The position numbers and the translations under genes are program-made. Shown here piece by piece: positions 6,537 through 16,000 of a stretch of DNA of 29,884 bases. The DNA is taken from positions 1 to 29,884 of IMG/VR virus record IMGVR_UViG_3300048831_000020. The stretch is one strand, 5' to 3'. How positions within the stretch are numbered: position 1 is the first letter of the stretch; each line of letters opens with the position of its first letter. Below the pieces are notes generated by a model. The model saw only the letters and a program-made list of their open reading frames with translations, was not told where the DNA came from and did not search any database. The DNA is from a virus (taxonomy: Duplodnaviria; Caudoviricetes).

Positions 6537-6706
6537 AGGACGCCTACCCGGGCCGCGCCCGCCCCTGCGAGGGCTGGTTCACGAAGAACGGGGACTTCAT
6601 CACCGTCAGCGGCAGAAGGATCACGGGTCCGCTGTGCAAGGTCTGCGGCGGTCTGGTCTCCCAGTCCACCTGCCTTGCCTGCGGCAAGCGACAGGGGGAG
6701 CGATGA
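6533..6706 (+). CDS. Small Zn-ribbon protein (CKVCG...CLACG)
   Basis: ATGA overlaps on both sides. Confidence 0.65.
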   Translation: MKDAYPGRARPCEGWFTKNGDFITVSGRRITGPLCKVCGGLVSQSTCLACGKRQGER

Positions 6707-6864
6707 TGACGCTGGGCGAGTGGCTGCGCGCCACCTACGAGGTCGAGGACGGAGAGCAGGTGGTGGTCAGGAAGGACGGCCAGGTGGTCGAGACCCACGA
6801 GCAGGGCGGCAAGGTCTCGCCCGAACTGTTCGCCGAGTACCGCGAGTACGCGAGGGGCCAGTGA
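6703..6864 (+). CDS. Small hypothetical protein
   Basis: MMTLGEWLRATYEVEDGEQ...; coupled overlaps and GC3-rich codons. Confidence 0.65.
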   Translation: MMTLGEWLRATYEVEDGEQVVVRKDGQVVETHEQGGKVSPELFAEYREYARGQ

Positions 6865-7019
6865 ACTTCTACCTTCCGAGGAAGGAAGCCGAGTTCGTCA
6901 AGAGCCAGCCGCGCGACTTCCTCGTCAAGCTCGTGCGCGCGTACATGGAGAGGCAGGCTCCGGAGCGGCCCCGGGGACCGGAGCCCAAGGGTCCGGGCCT
7001 GCCGCGCTACGGCAAGTGA
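6861..7019 (+). CDS. RHH-like small protein, paralog of the N-terminal unit of 5886..6188
   Basis: NFYLPRKEAEFVKSQPRDFLVKLVRAYM aligns with RFTFSDEEVEFIRAKPRGFVRRLVQECM. Confidence 0.65.
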   Translation: MNFYLPRKEAEFVKSQPRDFLVKLVRAYMERQAPERPRGPEPKGPGLPRYGK

Positions 7020-7120
7020 CGTTCCTGATCGTCGCCGTGATCGTCCTCGTGCCGGTCTGCGTGATCGGACTGGCGCTCATGCGCATCGCCGACAAGCCGA
7101 CCCCGCCCTACAAGCGATGA
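7016..7120 (+). CDS. 34-aa membrane peptide
   Basis: MTFLIVAVIVLVPVCVIGLALMRIADKPTPPYKR; GTGA/ATGA overlaps. Confidence 0.55.
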   Translation: MTFLIVAVIVLVPVCVIGLALMRIADKPTPPYKR

Positions 7121-7245
7121 TCGCGGCCTGGATACTGTTCTGGGTCTTCTGGGTGGCCTGGGTCCTTACGCACGACGTGGTCGAGCACTACCCCGCGACG
7201 CTCATCGCCTTCGGCCTCTCCTGGCTGCTCCTCGCGCTCAGCTAG
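7117..7245 (+). CDS. 42-aa protein with two hydrophobic segments
   Basis: MIAAWILFWVFWVAWVLTHDVVEHYPATLIAFGLSWLLLALS. Confidence 0.55.
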   Translation: MIAAWILFWVFWVAWVLTHDVVEHYPATLIAFGLSWLLLALS

Positions 7246-7769
7246 ATCTTCCGCGTCGGCGTCTTCTGGCGCCAGCGGAACGGCATCCACGCCTTCGGCA
7301 GTATCCCCTTGGTCTGCGTCGAGTTGGGCAGGGCCGGAAGGCGCATGGCGGGCGGCTTCCACGAGTCCGGCATCTGCGTCGGAGCCGGCGTGCGATTCAG
7401 TTCCTTCTGCCGCGCGGCATAGGCTTTGAGTTGGTCCTGCTTGGCCTGCTCCTCCGGCGTGAGGTCCCAGCGGGTAGGGGCAGGGGCCGAGGCGTAGAGC
7501 GGGTCCTTGGCCAGCACCCAGCGCGTCTGATCGTCGTCACGCCCGTAGCTCTCCTCGATCCACTTCCAGCCGGGAGGGGCATCGTCCTTGCCGTAGACGA
7601 GTCCGGTCGGGGCGGTAGGCTCCGGTGGCGGGCTCCAGTTGTCGAGGTCGGTGATCAGCTTGCCGTTGTAGCGGTCGTAGAGCCCCACCACTTCCCCGGC
7701 CTTCATGAGCACCTTGCCGCTGGGTGAGATCAGGTCGTGCTTGAGCACGTAGGTCATCGCCCCGGTCAT
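7242..7769 (-). CDS. Hypothetical Pro/Trp-rich protein
   Basis: ATG at 7769 coupled to the upstream Zn-ribbon gene; its stop overlaps the convergent stop in CTAG. Confidence 0.6.
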   Translation of the reverse strand: MTGAMTYVLKHDLISPSGKVLMKAGEVVGLYDRYNGKLITDLDNWSPPPEPTAPTGLVYGKDDAPPGWKWIEESYGRDDDQTRWVLAKDPLYASAPAPTRWDLTPEEQAKQDQLKAYAARQKELNRTPAPTQMPDSWKPPAMRLPALPNSTQTKGILPKAWMPFRWRQKTPTRKI

Positions 7770-7879
7770 AGTTCGTACCCGCACCTCTCGCAGATGACCG
7801 ATCCCTCTGGGTTCTTGTGGTCGCAGTCACCGCAGTTGATGGTCACGGGTTCCTTCTTGGGGGCTTTCTTGGTCGCCAC
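7766..7879 (-). CDS. 37-aa zinc-ribbon protein (CGDC...CERCG)
   Basis: GTG at 7879 with RBS AAAGGAG; -10-like TATAGT at 7910..7905. Confidence 0.7.
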   Translation of the reverse strand: MATKKAPKKEPVTINCGDCDHKNPEGSVICERCGYEL

Positions 7880-7893
7880 GACGGCTCCTTTCG

Positions 7894-7925
7894 TTGACAG
7901 ACCTACTATACGCTTGTGGTACAGT
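7894..7925 (+). promoter_or_regulatory. Extended -10 promoter (TGGTACAGT) for a leaderless terS; overlaps a divergent -10 (TATAGT)
   Basis: -10 ends 6 nt before ATG 7932 with no RBS; TTGACA at 7894 has a long 20-nt spacer. Confidence 0.6.
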
Positions 7926-7931
7926 GCAGTC

Positions 7932-8570
7932 ATGGGAGAGGAACTCGACGGCAGGGTCGTCCCGAAGCCGGCACGCCGTAAGCGTGGTCCGTCCGGGCCG
8001 GATGCCAAAGCCCGTGGCGACGAGATGGCGGCGATGGCCTACGTCGCGATGGAGAACGGCGACTACATCTACGGCGCCCATGCTCGCCGCCAGTACGACG
8101 AGGACGGCAACGAGGTGCCGAACACCCGTGAACTGATGCGTCTCGCAGGCTACACGGAGGGTTCCTGGGACCACTTCCCCACGACGCTCGGCAAGCGCAA
8201 GGAGTTCTGGCAACTGGTCGAGCTCTACCGCCTGCGGCGCACCGACCCGATGTTCAAGAAGGAGCAGGAGCACCTGTTGCTGGGGAAGATACTCGGCAAC
8301 CTGACGCGCATGTTCTACGAGACCGCCGAGTACGCCCCCCACACGCTCTCGGTGCGCGACATCATCAGCGGCATGAAGACCATCGTCGACCTCGGCTACA
8401 AGGTGCAGGAGCACGATCCGGTGCAGGCGAGCCGCGTCAACAAGCTGCTCGAGGGCATGCCTGAAGCGCAGCGGGAGGTCGCGATCCGGGGGCTGAAGGA
8501 GAAGGCGGAGGCCGACCTCAAGGCGCTGGAGGCACTGGAGAAGGCGCACAAGGCAGTCGAGAATGGCTAG
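7932..8570 (+). CDS. Probable terminase small subunit
   Basis: Overlaps the TerL start; helical protein with C-terminal coiled coil; assignment mainly positional. Confidence 0.6.
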   Translation: MGEELDGRVVPKPARRKRGPSGPDAKARGDEMAAMAYVAMENGDYIYGAHARRQYDEDGNEVPNTRELMRLAGYTEGSWDHFPTTLGKRKEFWQLVELYRLRRTDPMFKKEQEHLLLGKILGNLTRMFYETAEYAPHTLSVRDIISGMKTIVDLGYKVQEHDPVQASRVNKLLEGMPEAQREVAIRGLKEKAEADLKALEALEKAHKAVENG

Positions 8571-10332
8571 CACGGCCGTCGACCCGGACAAGGCGTTCGC
8601 CACCCTCGACGACGAATCCCAGTTCAAGTGGCTGATGCTCGACTCGCCGATGGCCGAGCAACTGTTCGCGGCCCACTACCTCGACCTCGACCTCGACCCC
8701 TATCAGGTCTTCATCCTGCGCATGCTCCGTGGCCGCTTCCACTCCGATGAGGAAGTCTGGCGCTTCGTCAACGACAACCACATGGACTGGATGTTCGAGA
8801 ACGGCTGGATTCGCCACGTCACCACGCGCGGTGAACCGAAGGAGGGCGTCTCGCCCTACTACTGGGAGAAGCCCAACGTCCTCATCCTCGTCCCGGCCGG
8901 CTTCGGCAAGACCACCATCGTCTCCACGCGGGTGCTCCCGGTCATGGAAGTCTGCGACAACCCCAACTCGCGGATGCAGTACATCGGCAAGAACGAGACC
9001 GAGGCGTTCTCCTTCTCGACCAACATCCGCCAGGAGCTCCAGAACCCCAAGCTGATCGCCGATTTCGGCAAGTTCCGGCCCGAAGACAAGAACGTCTCCT
9101 GGTCGAACAACGCTTTCTCGGTCCAGCAGCGCCAGTACAGGGACGTGCGCGAGAACGCCGAGTTCTTCGGCACCAACTCCCACGCCGCCCTGGGCAAGCG
9201 CTCTGACAGGGTGCTGATGGACGACATCGAGACCCCGGACACGGCCAACACCCCCGATACCCGCCAGAAGCTCCTGCACTGGGTGCGGATCGGGCCTCTG
9301 ACCTCGGCGCGTCCCATCTGGCCGAAGGACAAGAAGGGAAACGTGCTCATCCCCAAGCGTCTCAACTGGTCACGCACGTCACGCTACTGGGGTACTGGCG
9401 TCGTCGGCACCATCTTCCACCCCGAAGCCCTTTACGCGATGCTGATGCGCGACCCGACCTTCACCTGCATCAAGTTCGACTGCTTCAGGGACAAGAAGCA
9501 GACCGTCTCGCTCTCGGACAAGATGCTCACGGTGGAAGACCTCGACAGGGAAAGGCAGTCGATTGGCACTCTCGCTTTCAACAAACGCTACCGCAACATC
9601 GCTTTCGACGAGTCGGAGATGGCATTTCGTGAGGCGTGGATACGGGGGCAAGAGGAGGAAGCCAACGGACAACGGGTACAGCACCCCGGTTGTCTCGACC
9701 GCGAGAGTTCGTTCGGAGAGTTTGGAGAAGGATGGGACCTGTACTGCGGATTCGACCCGGCCAGCGGATCGAAGAGCCGCTTCTCCGCCCACTCCGCCTA
9801 TGTGATCCTCGGCATCGACAAGACCGACGAGGAGAAGCGCATCCACCTCATCGACTACCGCAAGATGCAGGACAACTTCGACCGCATGCTCGACCATCTG
9901 CTCGAAGGGAACCCGCTCTACGGCATCGAAGGACTACATGAGAAGTACCACTACCGTCAGGCGACCGTCGAGAAGAACGCCTTTGGCCTCTGGCTGCTCA
10001 ACAACGACCGCATGAAGCCCTACATCGACTCGGGCATCGTCAAGCCCTCGTGGACAGGCTCGAACAAGCACGATCCGATAGCCGGCGTCTTCGGCATGAG
10101 CGAGATGATGCAGAACGGGCGCTTCCGCATCCCCTACAAGGAGCCGTCCGACCAGGAGAAGGCAGAGGAGTTCATCGGAGAACTCTTGGTCTTCCCCAAG
10201 AGCACGAACGATGTGGTGATGGCGATGTGGCTCGCCCAGATACCGATCCGCAACGCCACCAACACTCTCAGGTCGTGGTTCACCCCGGGAGGCAAGGGCA
10301 AGATGGTGCGGAACCCCGCGTGGGACAGGTGA
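8563..10332 (+). CDS. terL: Terminase large subunit
   Basis: Walker A VPAGFGKTT, Walker B VLMDD, RNase H-like GFDPA, VEKNAF and NDVVMAMWLA. Confidence 0.92.
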   Translation: MASTAVDPDKAFATLDDESQFKWLMLDSPMAEQLFAAHYLDLDLDPYQVFILRMLRGRFHSDEEVWRFVNDNHMDWMFENGWIRHVTTRGEPKEGVSPYYWEKPNVLILVPAGFGKTTIVSTRVLPVMEVCDNPNSRMQYIGKNETEAFSFSTNIRQELQNPKLIADFGKFRPEDKNVSWSNNAFSVQQRQYRDVRENAEFFGTNSHAALGKRSDRVLMDDIETPDTANTPDTRQKLLHWVRIGPLTSARPIWPKDKKGNVLIPKRLNWSRTSRYWGTGVVGTIFHPEALYAMLMRDPTFTCIKFDCFRDKKQTVSLSDKMLTVEDLDRERQSIGTLAFNKRYRNIAFDESEMAFREAWIRGQEEEANGQRVQHPGCLDRESSFGEFGEGWDLYCGFDPASGSKSRFSAHSAYVILGIDKTDEEKRIHLIDYRKMQDNFDRMLDHLLEGNPLYGIEGLHEKYHYRQATVEKNAFGLWLLNNDRMKPYIDSGIVKPSWTGSNKHDPIAGVFGMSEMMQNGRFRIPYKEPSDQEKAEEFIGELLVFPKSTNDVVMAMWLAQIPIRNATNTLRSWFTPGGKGKMVRNPAWDR

Positions 10333-10350
10333 CAGGCGTGGTAGACTTGT

Positions 10351-10380
10351 TCGACTATCTTCCTAGCTAGGGGGTACGCT
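10351..10380 (+). promoter_or_regulatory. Possible promoter for a leaderless portal gene (TCGACT-N18-TACGCT)
   Basis: -10 lies 7 nt before ATG 10388; palindrome CCTAGCTAGG in the spacer. Confidence 0.4.
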
Positions 10381-10387
10381 CCCGCTG

Positions 10388-12637
10388 ATGGCAGCGTCGA
10401 TCAAAGAAATCCTCAAGCTGCGTCAGCAACTCGAGGAGCGCGATTCCGAACGGAACAACTCCTACGACGAGTCGGTCAAGTTCTACGCCGGCAGCGACCT
10501 CAAGACCGCCAAGAAGCAGGGCTTCGTCGGCGGTATCATGCAGGGTCTCTCGTCCATCTTCTCCGCCCCCGCAGACAACGAAGACGCCGAACTCCGCACC
10601 CCCATCAACGTCATCAAGGGTGCCGTCGAGAACAAGGTCGCCTTCCTCGCTCTCCCGCCCACAGTCAGGGTCATCGAACCACCCGACTCACTGGCCCCCG
10701 GCTCGGCCGTCCCCACCGGGCCAACCCCCTCCGGCGCTGCACCGGAGGACATGGGGGCGCCACTGCTCTCACCTCCTCAGCAGGCGGCGCCCCCAGACCT
10801 TTCCCAGATGCCGCCCGGCATGCCTCCGGTACCGCCGTCAGGGCCGACTGAGGAACCTCGCGGAGATTGGGGTATCGACCTGGCCGACCGGCTGGAGTGC
10901 GTCGTCAAGTCCATCATGGACTTCTCCAACATGCCCAAGCGCTGTCGCGACGTGGCATGGAGCATGAGCGTGATGGACGGGGCCGTCATCGGCGTCTGGC
11001 CCGACTTCAAGCATGGCAAACCAAGAATCTTCACCCGTACCCCGCAGGACTTCTACCCCGTAGCCTCTGATCCAGATGGGCTTGAGCTGTCCAAGGCGGT
11101 ATGGGTCGAAGAACTCAGTGGTCACGACATCTCGGCGCGGTGGGGGAACGACAAGTACGTCGGTCGCGACGATGTCAAGGTGACCTTCTACATCGACGAG
11201 GAGAAGTTCTGCACCATCCTCGACGACAAAGAGTGGGCGCACTCCCCCGTCGACAACACGGTCGGCTTCGTGCCCATCGTCTGCGTCGGCTCACTGGGGA
11301 TGCCGGGGATGATCTTCGGCGGCAACGACGTCCGCGACGCCATTCCCATCGCCAAGGAGATCAACTACCACATGAGTCTCCTCGACGACGTGGCTGCCGC
11401 GACGATCAACCCGACCGTCGTCATCACCGACCCGCTCAACGTCTCGAACTTCGTCGCACTTGGCAAGGGCGGCGTCATCGAGGTGAACGCAGGCGGGCGC
11501 GTCGACACGGTCGGGCCGCAGAGCCTTCCCAACGCCTTCTGGCAGCTAGGCGCCACCCTCCAGAACTGGCTCGACGTGGTCATGGACAACCCGGCAGTGC
11601 TGAGAGGCGAGTCGGGCTCGTCCATCGTCACCGGCAAGGGCTTCAACAGCCAACTCGGCCCCATCGCCGCGCGGATGCAGACACGGCTCGAGATCGTGAT
11701 GAGCGCGTGGCGACAGACGCTCAAGTACGCGCTGATGATGTGGGCTGATTTCCCGGGCATCAACGGCAAGCTCAAGGCCAGCGGAGTCAAGAACAACGAG
11801 ACCTTCTACATCGAGGCCGAACCGGCTGATTTCATGGTCGACGGCAAGATTTGGACCGAACTCGAGGTCTTCCTCTCCGCTCAGAGCTACATCGACCGTC
11901 AGGGCAACGAGGTCATGCTGATGCAGCTTGTCCAGAACGAACTGCTCTCGCGCGACACGGCGATGGACAACCTTCCCCAGATCACGAACAAGAAGCGTGA
12001 GAACGCCAACATCGACCGCGACCGCAAGTGGAAGGCCGAGGGCATGGCGATTGCGAACGCGGCGGCGCAGAGTCCGATGACGGCGAACGTCCCGCTGATG
12101 AGCCAGGAGTACACCAACTACGGCCTCGAGCGCGGCCTCATGGGTGAGATGCCGGCGATGCCCGGCCCGGAGGCGAGCATGCCTCCTGCTCCAGAGGGTC
12201 CGCCGCCTGAGATGCCGCCTGAGATGCCGCCGCCTGCCGAGGGCATGACGATAGCCGCTGCCGAGGGCGAAATCGACACCGCCGCCGAGGTCCTCGACGC
12301 GATGCGGGAGTTCTTCGCAGGCATCCCGAAGCTCAAGGGTTCGGTCTGGTTCGGTGGCGACCCCGTGCTCGCTCCGGAGCGCATCGTCAGCACCGAGTGG
12401 AACGTCACCGTCTGGGTCACAGACCCGCAAGACCAGGGCACCATCACCCGCGCTGCGGAGAAGGTCGAAGAGGTCTACGGTCACATCAAGTTCGTCCGTG
12501 GCGTCCCTGCACCTGATGAACAGGCTATTCAGGTCGCAGGGGAAGGAGGTGGTCCGGAAGAGCCCCAGCCTACCGAAGAAGCTCCCCCCGACCTCTCTGC
12601 GAGCCCTGACCTCGAAGCGATGATGGGCGGGCTCTGA
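10388..12637 (+). CDS. Portal protein (head-tail connector) with Pro-rich insert and extended C-terminus
   Basis: Follows TerL; portal-like segments (PQDFYP, GFVPIV...G, MLMQLVQNELLSRDTAM) and Pro/Met-rich tail. Confidence 0.8.
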   Translation: MAASIKEILKLRQQLEERDSERNNSYDESVKFYAGSDLKTAKKQGFVGGIMQGLSSIFSAPADNEDAELRTPINVIKGAVENKVAFLALPPTVRVIEPPDSLAPGSAVPTGPTPSGAAPEDMGAPLLSPPQQAAPPDLSQMPPGMPPVPPSGPTEEPRGDWGIDLADRLECVVKSIMDFSNMPKRCRDVAWSMSVMDGAVIGVWPDFKHGKPRIFTRTPQDFYPVASDPDGLELSKAVWVEELSGHDISARWGNDKYVGRDDVKVTFYIDEEKFCTILDDKEWAHSPVDNTVGFVPIVCVGSLGMPGMIFGGNDVRDAIPIAKEINYHMSLLDDVAAATINPTVVITDPLNVSNFVALGKGGVIEVNAGGRVDTVGPQSLPNAFWQLGATLQNWLDVVMDNPAVLRGESGSSIVTGKGFNSQLGPIAARMQTRLEIVMSAWRQTLKYALMMWADFPGINGKLKASGVKNNETFYIEAEPADFMVDGKIWTELEVFLSAQSYIDRQGNEVMLMQLVQNELLSRDTAMDNLPQITNKKRENANIDRDRKWKAEGMAIANAAAQSPMTANVPLMSQEYTNYGLERGLMGEMPAMPGPEASMPPAPEGPPPEMPPEMPPPAEGMTIAAAEGEIDTAAEVLDAMREFFAGIPKLKGSVWFGGDPVLAPERIVSTEWNVTVWVTDPQDQGTITRAAEKVEEVYGHIKFVRGVPAPDEQAIQVAGEGGGPEEPQPTEEAPPDLSASPDLEAMMGGL

Positions 12638-13005
12638 TGGCGGGGCGCGGCACGATCAGCGTGAACCAGAGCAAGCAGTACGGCGACCAGAAGGCGCTCG
12701 ACGCGATGAAGGCGACCACGACGACGCCGATGACCGGGGTACCGACTCCCGCGCCGTCTGCCGGCCGTCCGCCGGGTCCTTCCCAGGGGCAGCCGCAGGG
12801 AGGTCCGTCAGCGCAAGCCGACATCGACCCCGGCCACATGACCAAGATGGAAGAACTGGCCCTTGCCCTGCGGGTGAAGCAGTACTGGGACTCCGTCGCC
12901 GCTCAGTACCCGTCCTCGTGGTCGAAGATGTACGCCGCCGACGCGGACGAGAACTACCAGCGCATCGCCCACGAGATGCGGTCAGTCACGCCGTTCTTCT
13001 CCTGA
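12637..13005 (+). CDS. Hypothetical virion-associated protein
   Basis: TGATG-coupled to portal; QYGDQKAL motif and Pro/Gln linker. Confidence 0.7.
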   Translation: MAGRGTISVNQSKQYGDQKALDAMKATTTTPMTGVPTPAPSAGRPPGPSQGQPQGGPSAQADIDPGHMTKMEELALALRVKQYWDSVAAQYPSSWSKMYAADADENYQRIAHEMRSVTPFFS

Positions 13006-13006
13006 C

Positions 13007-16000
13007 ATGCCGCTCATCGGCCCAGGCGACAAGCCGTACCGCAAGAGTAAGAAGAGGAAGAAGAGGGAAGCCGCCAACACTGGCGGGAGGACGTGGGCAG
13101 ACGCAAAGGCCCCGAAAGCACCGCCGCGCTTTCCCAGTCCGGTAGCCGCTCCGCCGATCCCCGTCGCTCCGCCGCCGATGCGGTCGACGCCGCAGGAAGC
13201 GACCTACGGCCTCAACCTCAAGAACCTCTCGCAAGCCTACTTCGAGAAGTACCAGACGTTCCCGAACGCTGTCCAGACGTACTTCATGCTGAACAACGCC
13301 AACGGCGAACTGTGGAGTCCTGACGAGTGGCGCAAGCTGCTTGCTCCCGGCAAGGCCGCTCCATCGCCGCTGTTCCTTGAGTTCTCGAAGCTCGGCGCCG
13401 GGAGGAGAGACCCGCTGGCGCGTCGCAAGAAGGTGAAGTGGGCTGAGGACGACCTCAGATCGCTCGGTCCAAAAGCCACCCCGAAGGACGCCGACTGGGT
13501 CCGCCAACTGGCGAACCGGCCGATGCACACGCTGGGGAAGACGTGGGGCGGCAAGGGCGCGAACCGCATCAACAACGACGACATCAAGATGATCAACGAC
13601 GCCCGTATCTGGTACGGCGGGACACAGTTGAAGATTCGCATCAACGAGAACATCGCGGAGCGTGAGGAAGAGGAGGCTCTGCGCGAAGACGCTGCCAACG
13701 AGCCGGATACCGTCGTGAAACACGAGGAAGCGCAGTCGCAGTTCCGGTACGACCCGCGCATGGGGAACGCTCCGCGCTTCACGCAGCAGGGCAGGACGCT
13801 CGCGCAGAGAGCGGCAGAAGCGACCGGCACCATCGTGATGGGACTCCCCGGAGAAGATCAGGTCGGAGGAGTCGGCGGCAGAAGTGGAGGGGGAAGAGGT
13901 GGCCGTCGCGCCGATGGTGGCGACTTCGCCTTCGCCATCAGCGAGCAGGACAACCCTTGGCTGCGACAGGTCGAGCTCCCAGATTTCGCCGCCGTTCCAC
14001 GTCACCTGAGCGAACTCAGGGACCGCACCAGGATAGACATCGAGCACCTGAGCCTCTCGGAGCGCGACGCCTACGTCTCCAAGGCGCACAACATGGTCGA
14101 GTGGAAGCGCTACTGGGCCGGCGTCATGGAGGAGAACGGTGAGAAGGTCCCGTTCGACCCTGACAACCTCGACTGGACTCCTGCGGCGCAGAAGCAGTAC
14201 CACCGCTACCTGTGGATGCGGCTTCTCCCCTACGCCGTCCAGTCGAAGGACGCGCAGGTCCGCGACCAGGCTCTCACGGCGATGCAGAGCGTCTACCCTG
14301 AACTCCTCGGGACGGCGTACACCGACCCGCGTGGCAAGACGGCGCTCAAGCCCATCGACATGCTGGCGAACCTCAATGACGTGCTCCAGTCGATCCCCGA
14401 CCAGGAGGACCAGAAGGCGTACCTCTTCAGCGCCTTCAAGATGGGCCGCGATCCGGGTGACTCCGACGTCAAGGTCAGGAACGACTACGTCTCTCAGTTC
14501 GGCCAGTCCGCGCTTCCGTCAGAAGAGGTGGCGAACTACAGGGAGCACCTGCTCACCGTCAACAAGATCATGGCGTGGCCGTTCGAGAAGCTCACCGAGG
14601 GGATGCGCTACTTCGGCGAGGCGACCGACTTCGGGTTCGAGGCGCTCGGCAGGCAGAACGGGACGCTGGGGATGATCGGCGACGGTCTGGAGCGCGCCTA
14701 CAACGCCGGGATTCTGGAGACCAACCCGTTCACCTCACAGGCCGCTCCGTGGGCCATTTCCAAGGCCCACCAAGCGGGGACGATGTTCATCGACGTACTT
14801 CATGACTGGGCTTACCTCGCAGCCACCACCCCGGAAGAGCGAGAAGCGATAGCGAAGGACCCCGAGAAGTACATCGGGAAGGACATCCACGGCGGTGACC
14901 TCTCGTGGTGGGAGATCGGCGTGCGCGGCGACGTCCCCGAGACGACAGAGGGCGATTTCTGGGTACCCGGTGGCATACCGCTCTGGCACGAGTGGGTGAA
15001 GAAATGGGACGAGGCAGCCGGTCAGGACGCCTTCGTCCACTTGGGCGAGGGTTTCTCGGACGAGCGCGGCTGGTCAGACGACGACTGGCGCCGGCAGGGG
15101 ACCCGTGACCTGATGACGGTCGTCTCGCTGGTCGCCATGCTCAAGGCAGGCAAGCTAGCGGACACGTACTTCATCCGGCCTGGGGTAGCGAAGGCGGCGC
15201 GAGGAGCGTTCGATGCCGCTCGCCGCCTTGACGACAGGGCGCGAGGCCCGGGGAAAGAGGCCGGATTCATCGGTGAGGACGGTATCGGACCTGATTTCGT
15301 CCAGGGCAAGCCCGCCAAGCCGACAGAGGACGTCTGGAACGCCAACCTCGATGACCTCCCCGAAGAGGCACGCACCCGCTATGGCGAACTGAGAGCCGAA
15401 TACGAGGGACTCAGCGAAGAACTGATGCGGGACGCCGGAAGGCCGGAGCGTGCGGCTGCTGGAGATGCCGCGAATGTGGTGAGTCCGAGTGACGTGCGGG
15501 CAAGGATTCGCGAGCATGGTGGAATCAACCTTGACGCCGAAGGGACCAAGGCGTTCATCGACGGGACATTCCGTGGCAGTGAGCGGTCGGGAGAGTTCCG
15601 GGGACTCGGTCGCAGGGGGAAGGGACTCGGCCTTGACGAACTCGCAGCCAGCCTGAAGGAGGAGTGGCCTGGTCTTCCGTTCGATGATGCTGAGAGTCTG
15701 CTCGAGTACATCCGCAGCGATGCTGGCGGGCAAGGTGCTGGCAGGGGACTTCCCGCATCCGACGTGCGCGCGAAGATGGCGAGGCTGGACGAACTGGAGA
15801 ACGACGCCGCCGATCTCATCGCAGGCCGCAGGATTCCTGAACGCCAGACGGCTCCGAAGGTAGAGGAACCGGACTGGATGCGCGACGAGGGAACCATTGA
15901 CGCTCCCGACCCCCTCTTCGACCGCTCCGAGTTCATCGGCGAGGGCCAGCAGTCCGGGCTCGACATCGCCATCGACGACGCTGCGCGTAAGACGGAACCC

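Noticed and set aside
7737-7931. N-terminal extension of terS in the ORF track
   Set aside because: Overlaps two minus-strand genes and the promoter region; ATG 7932 fits better
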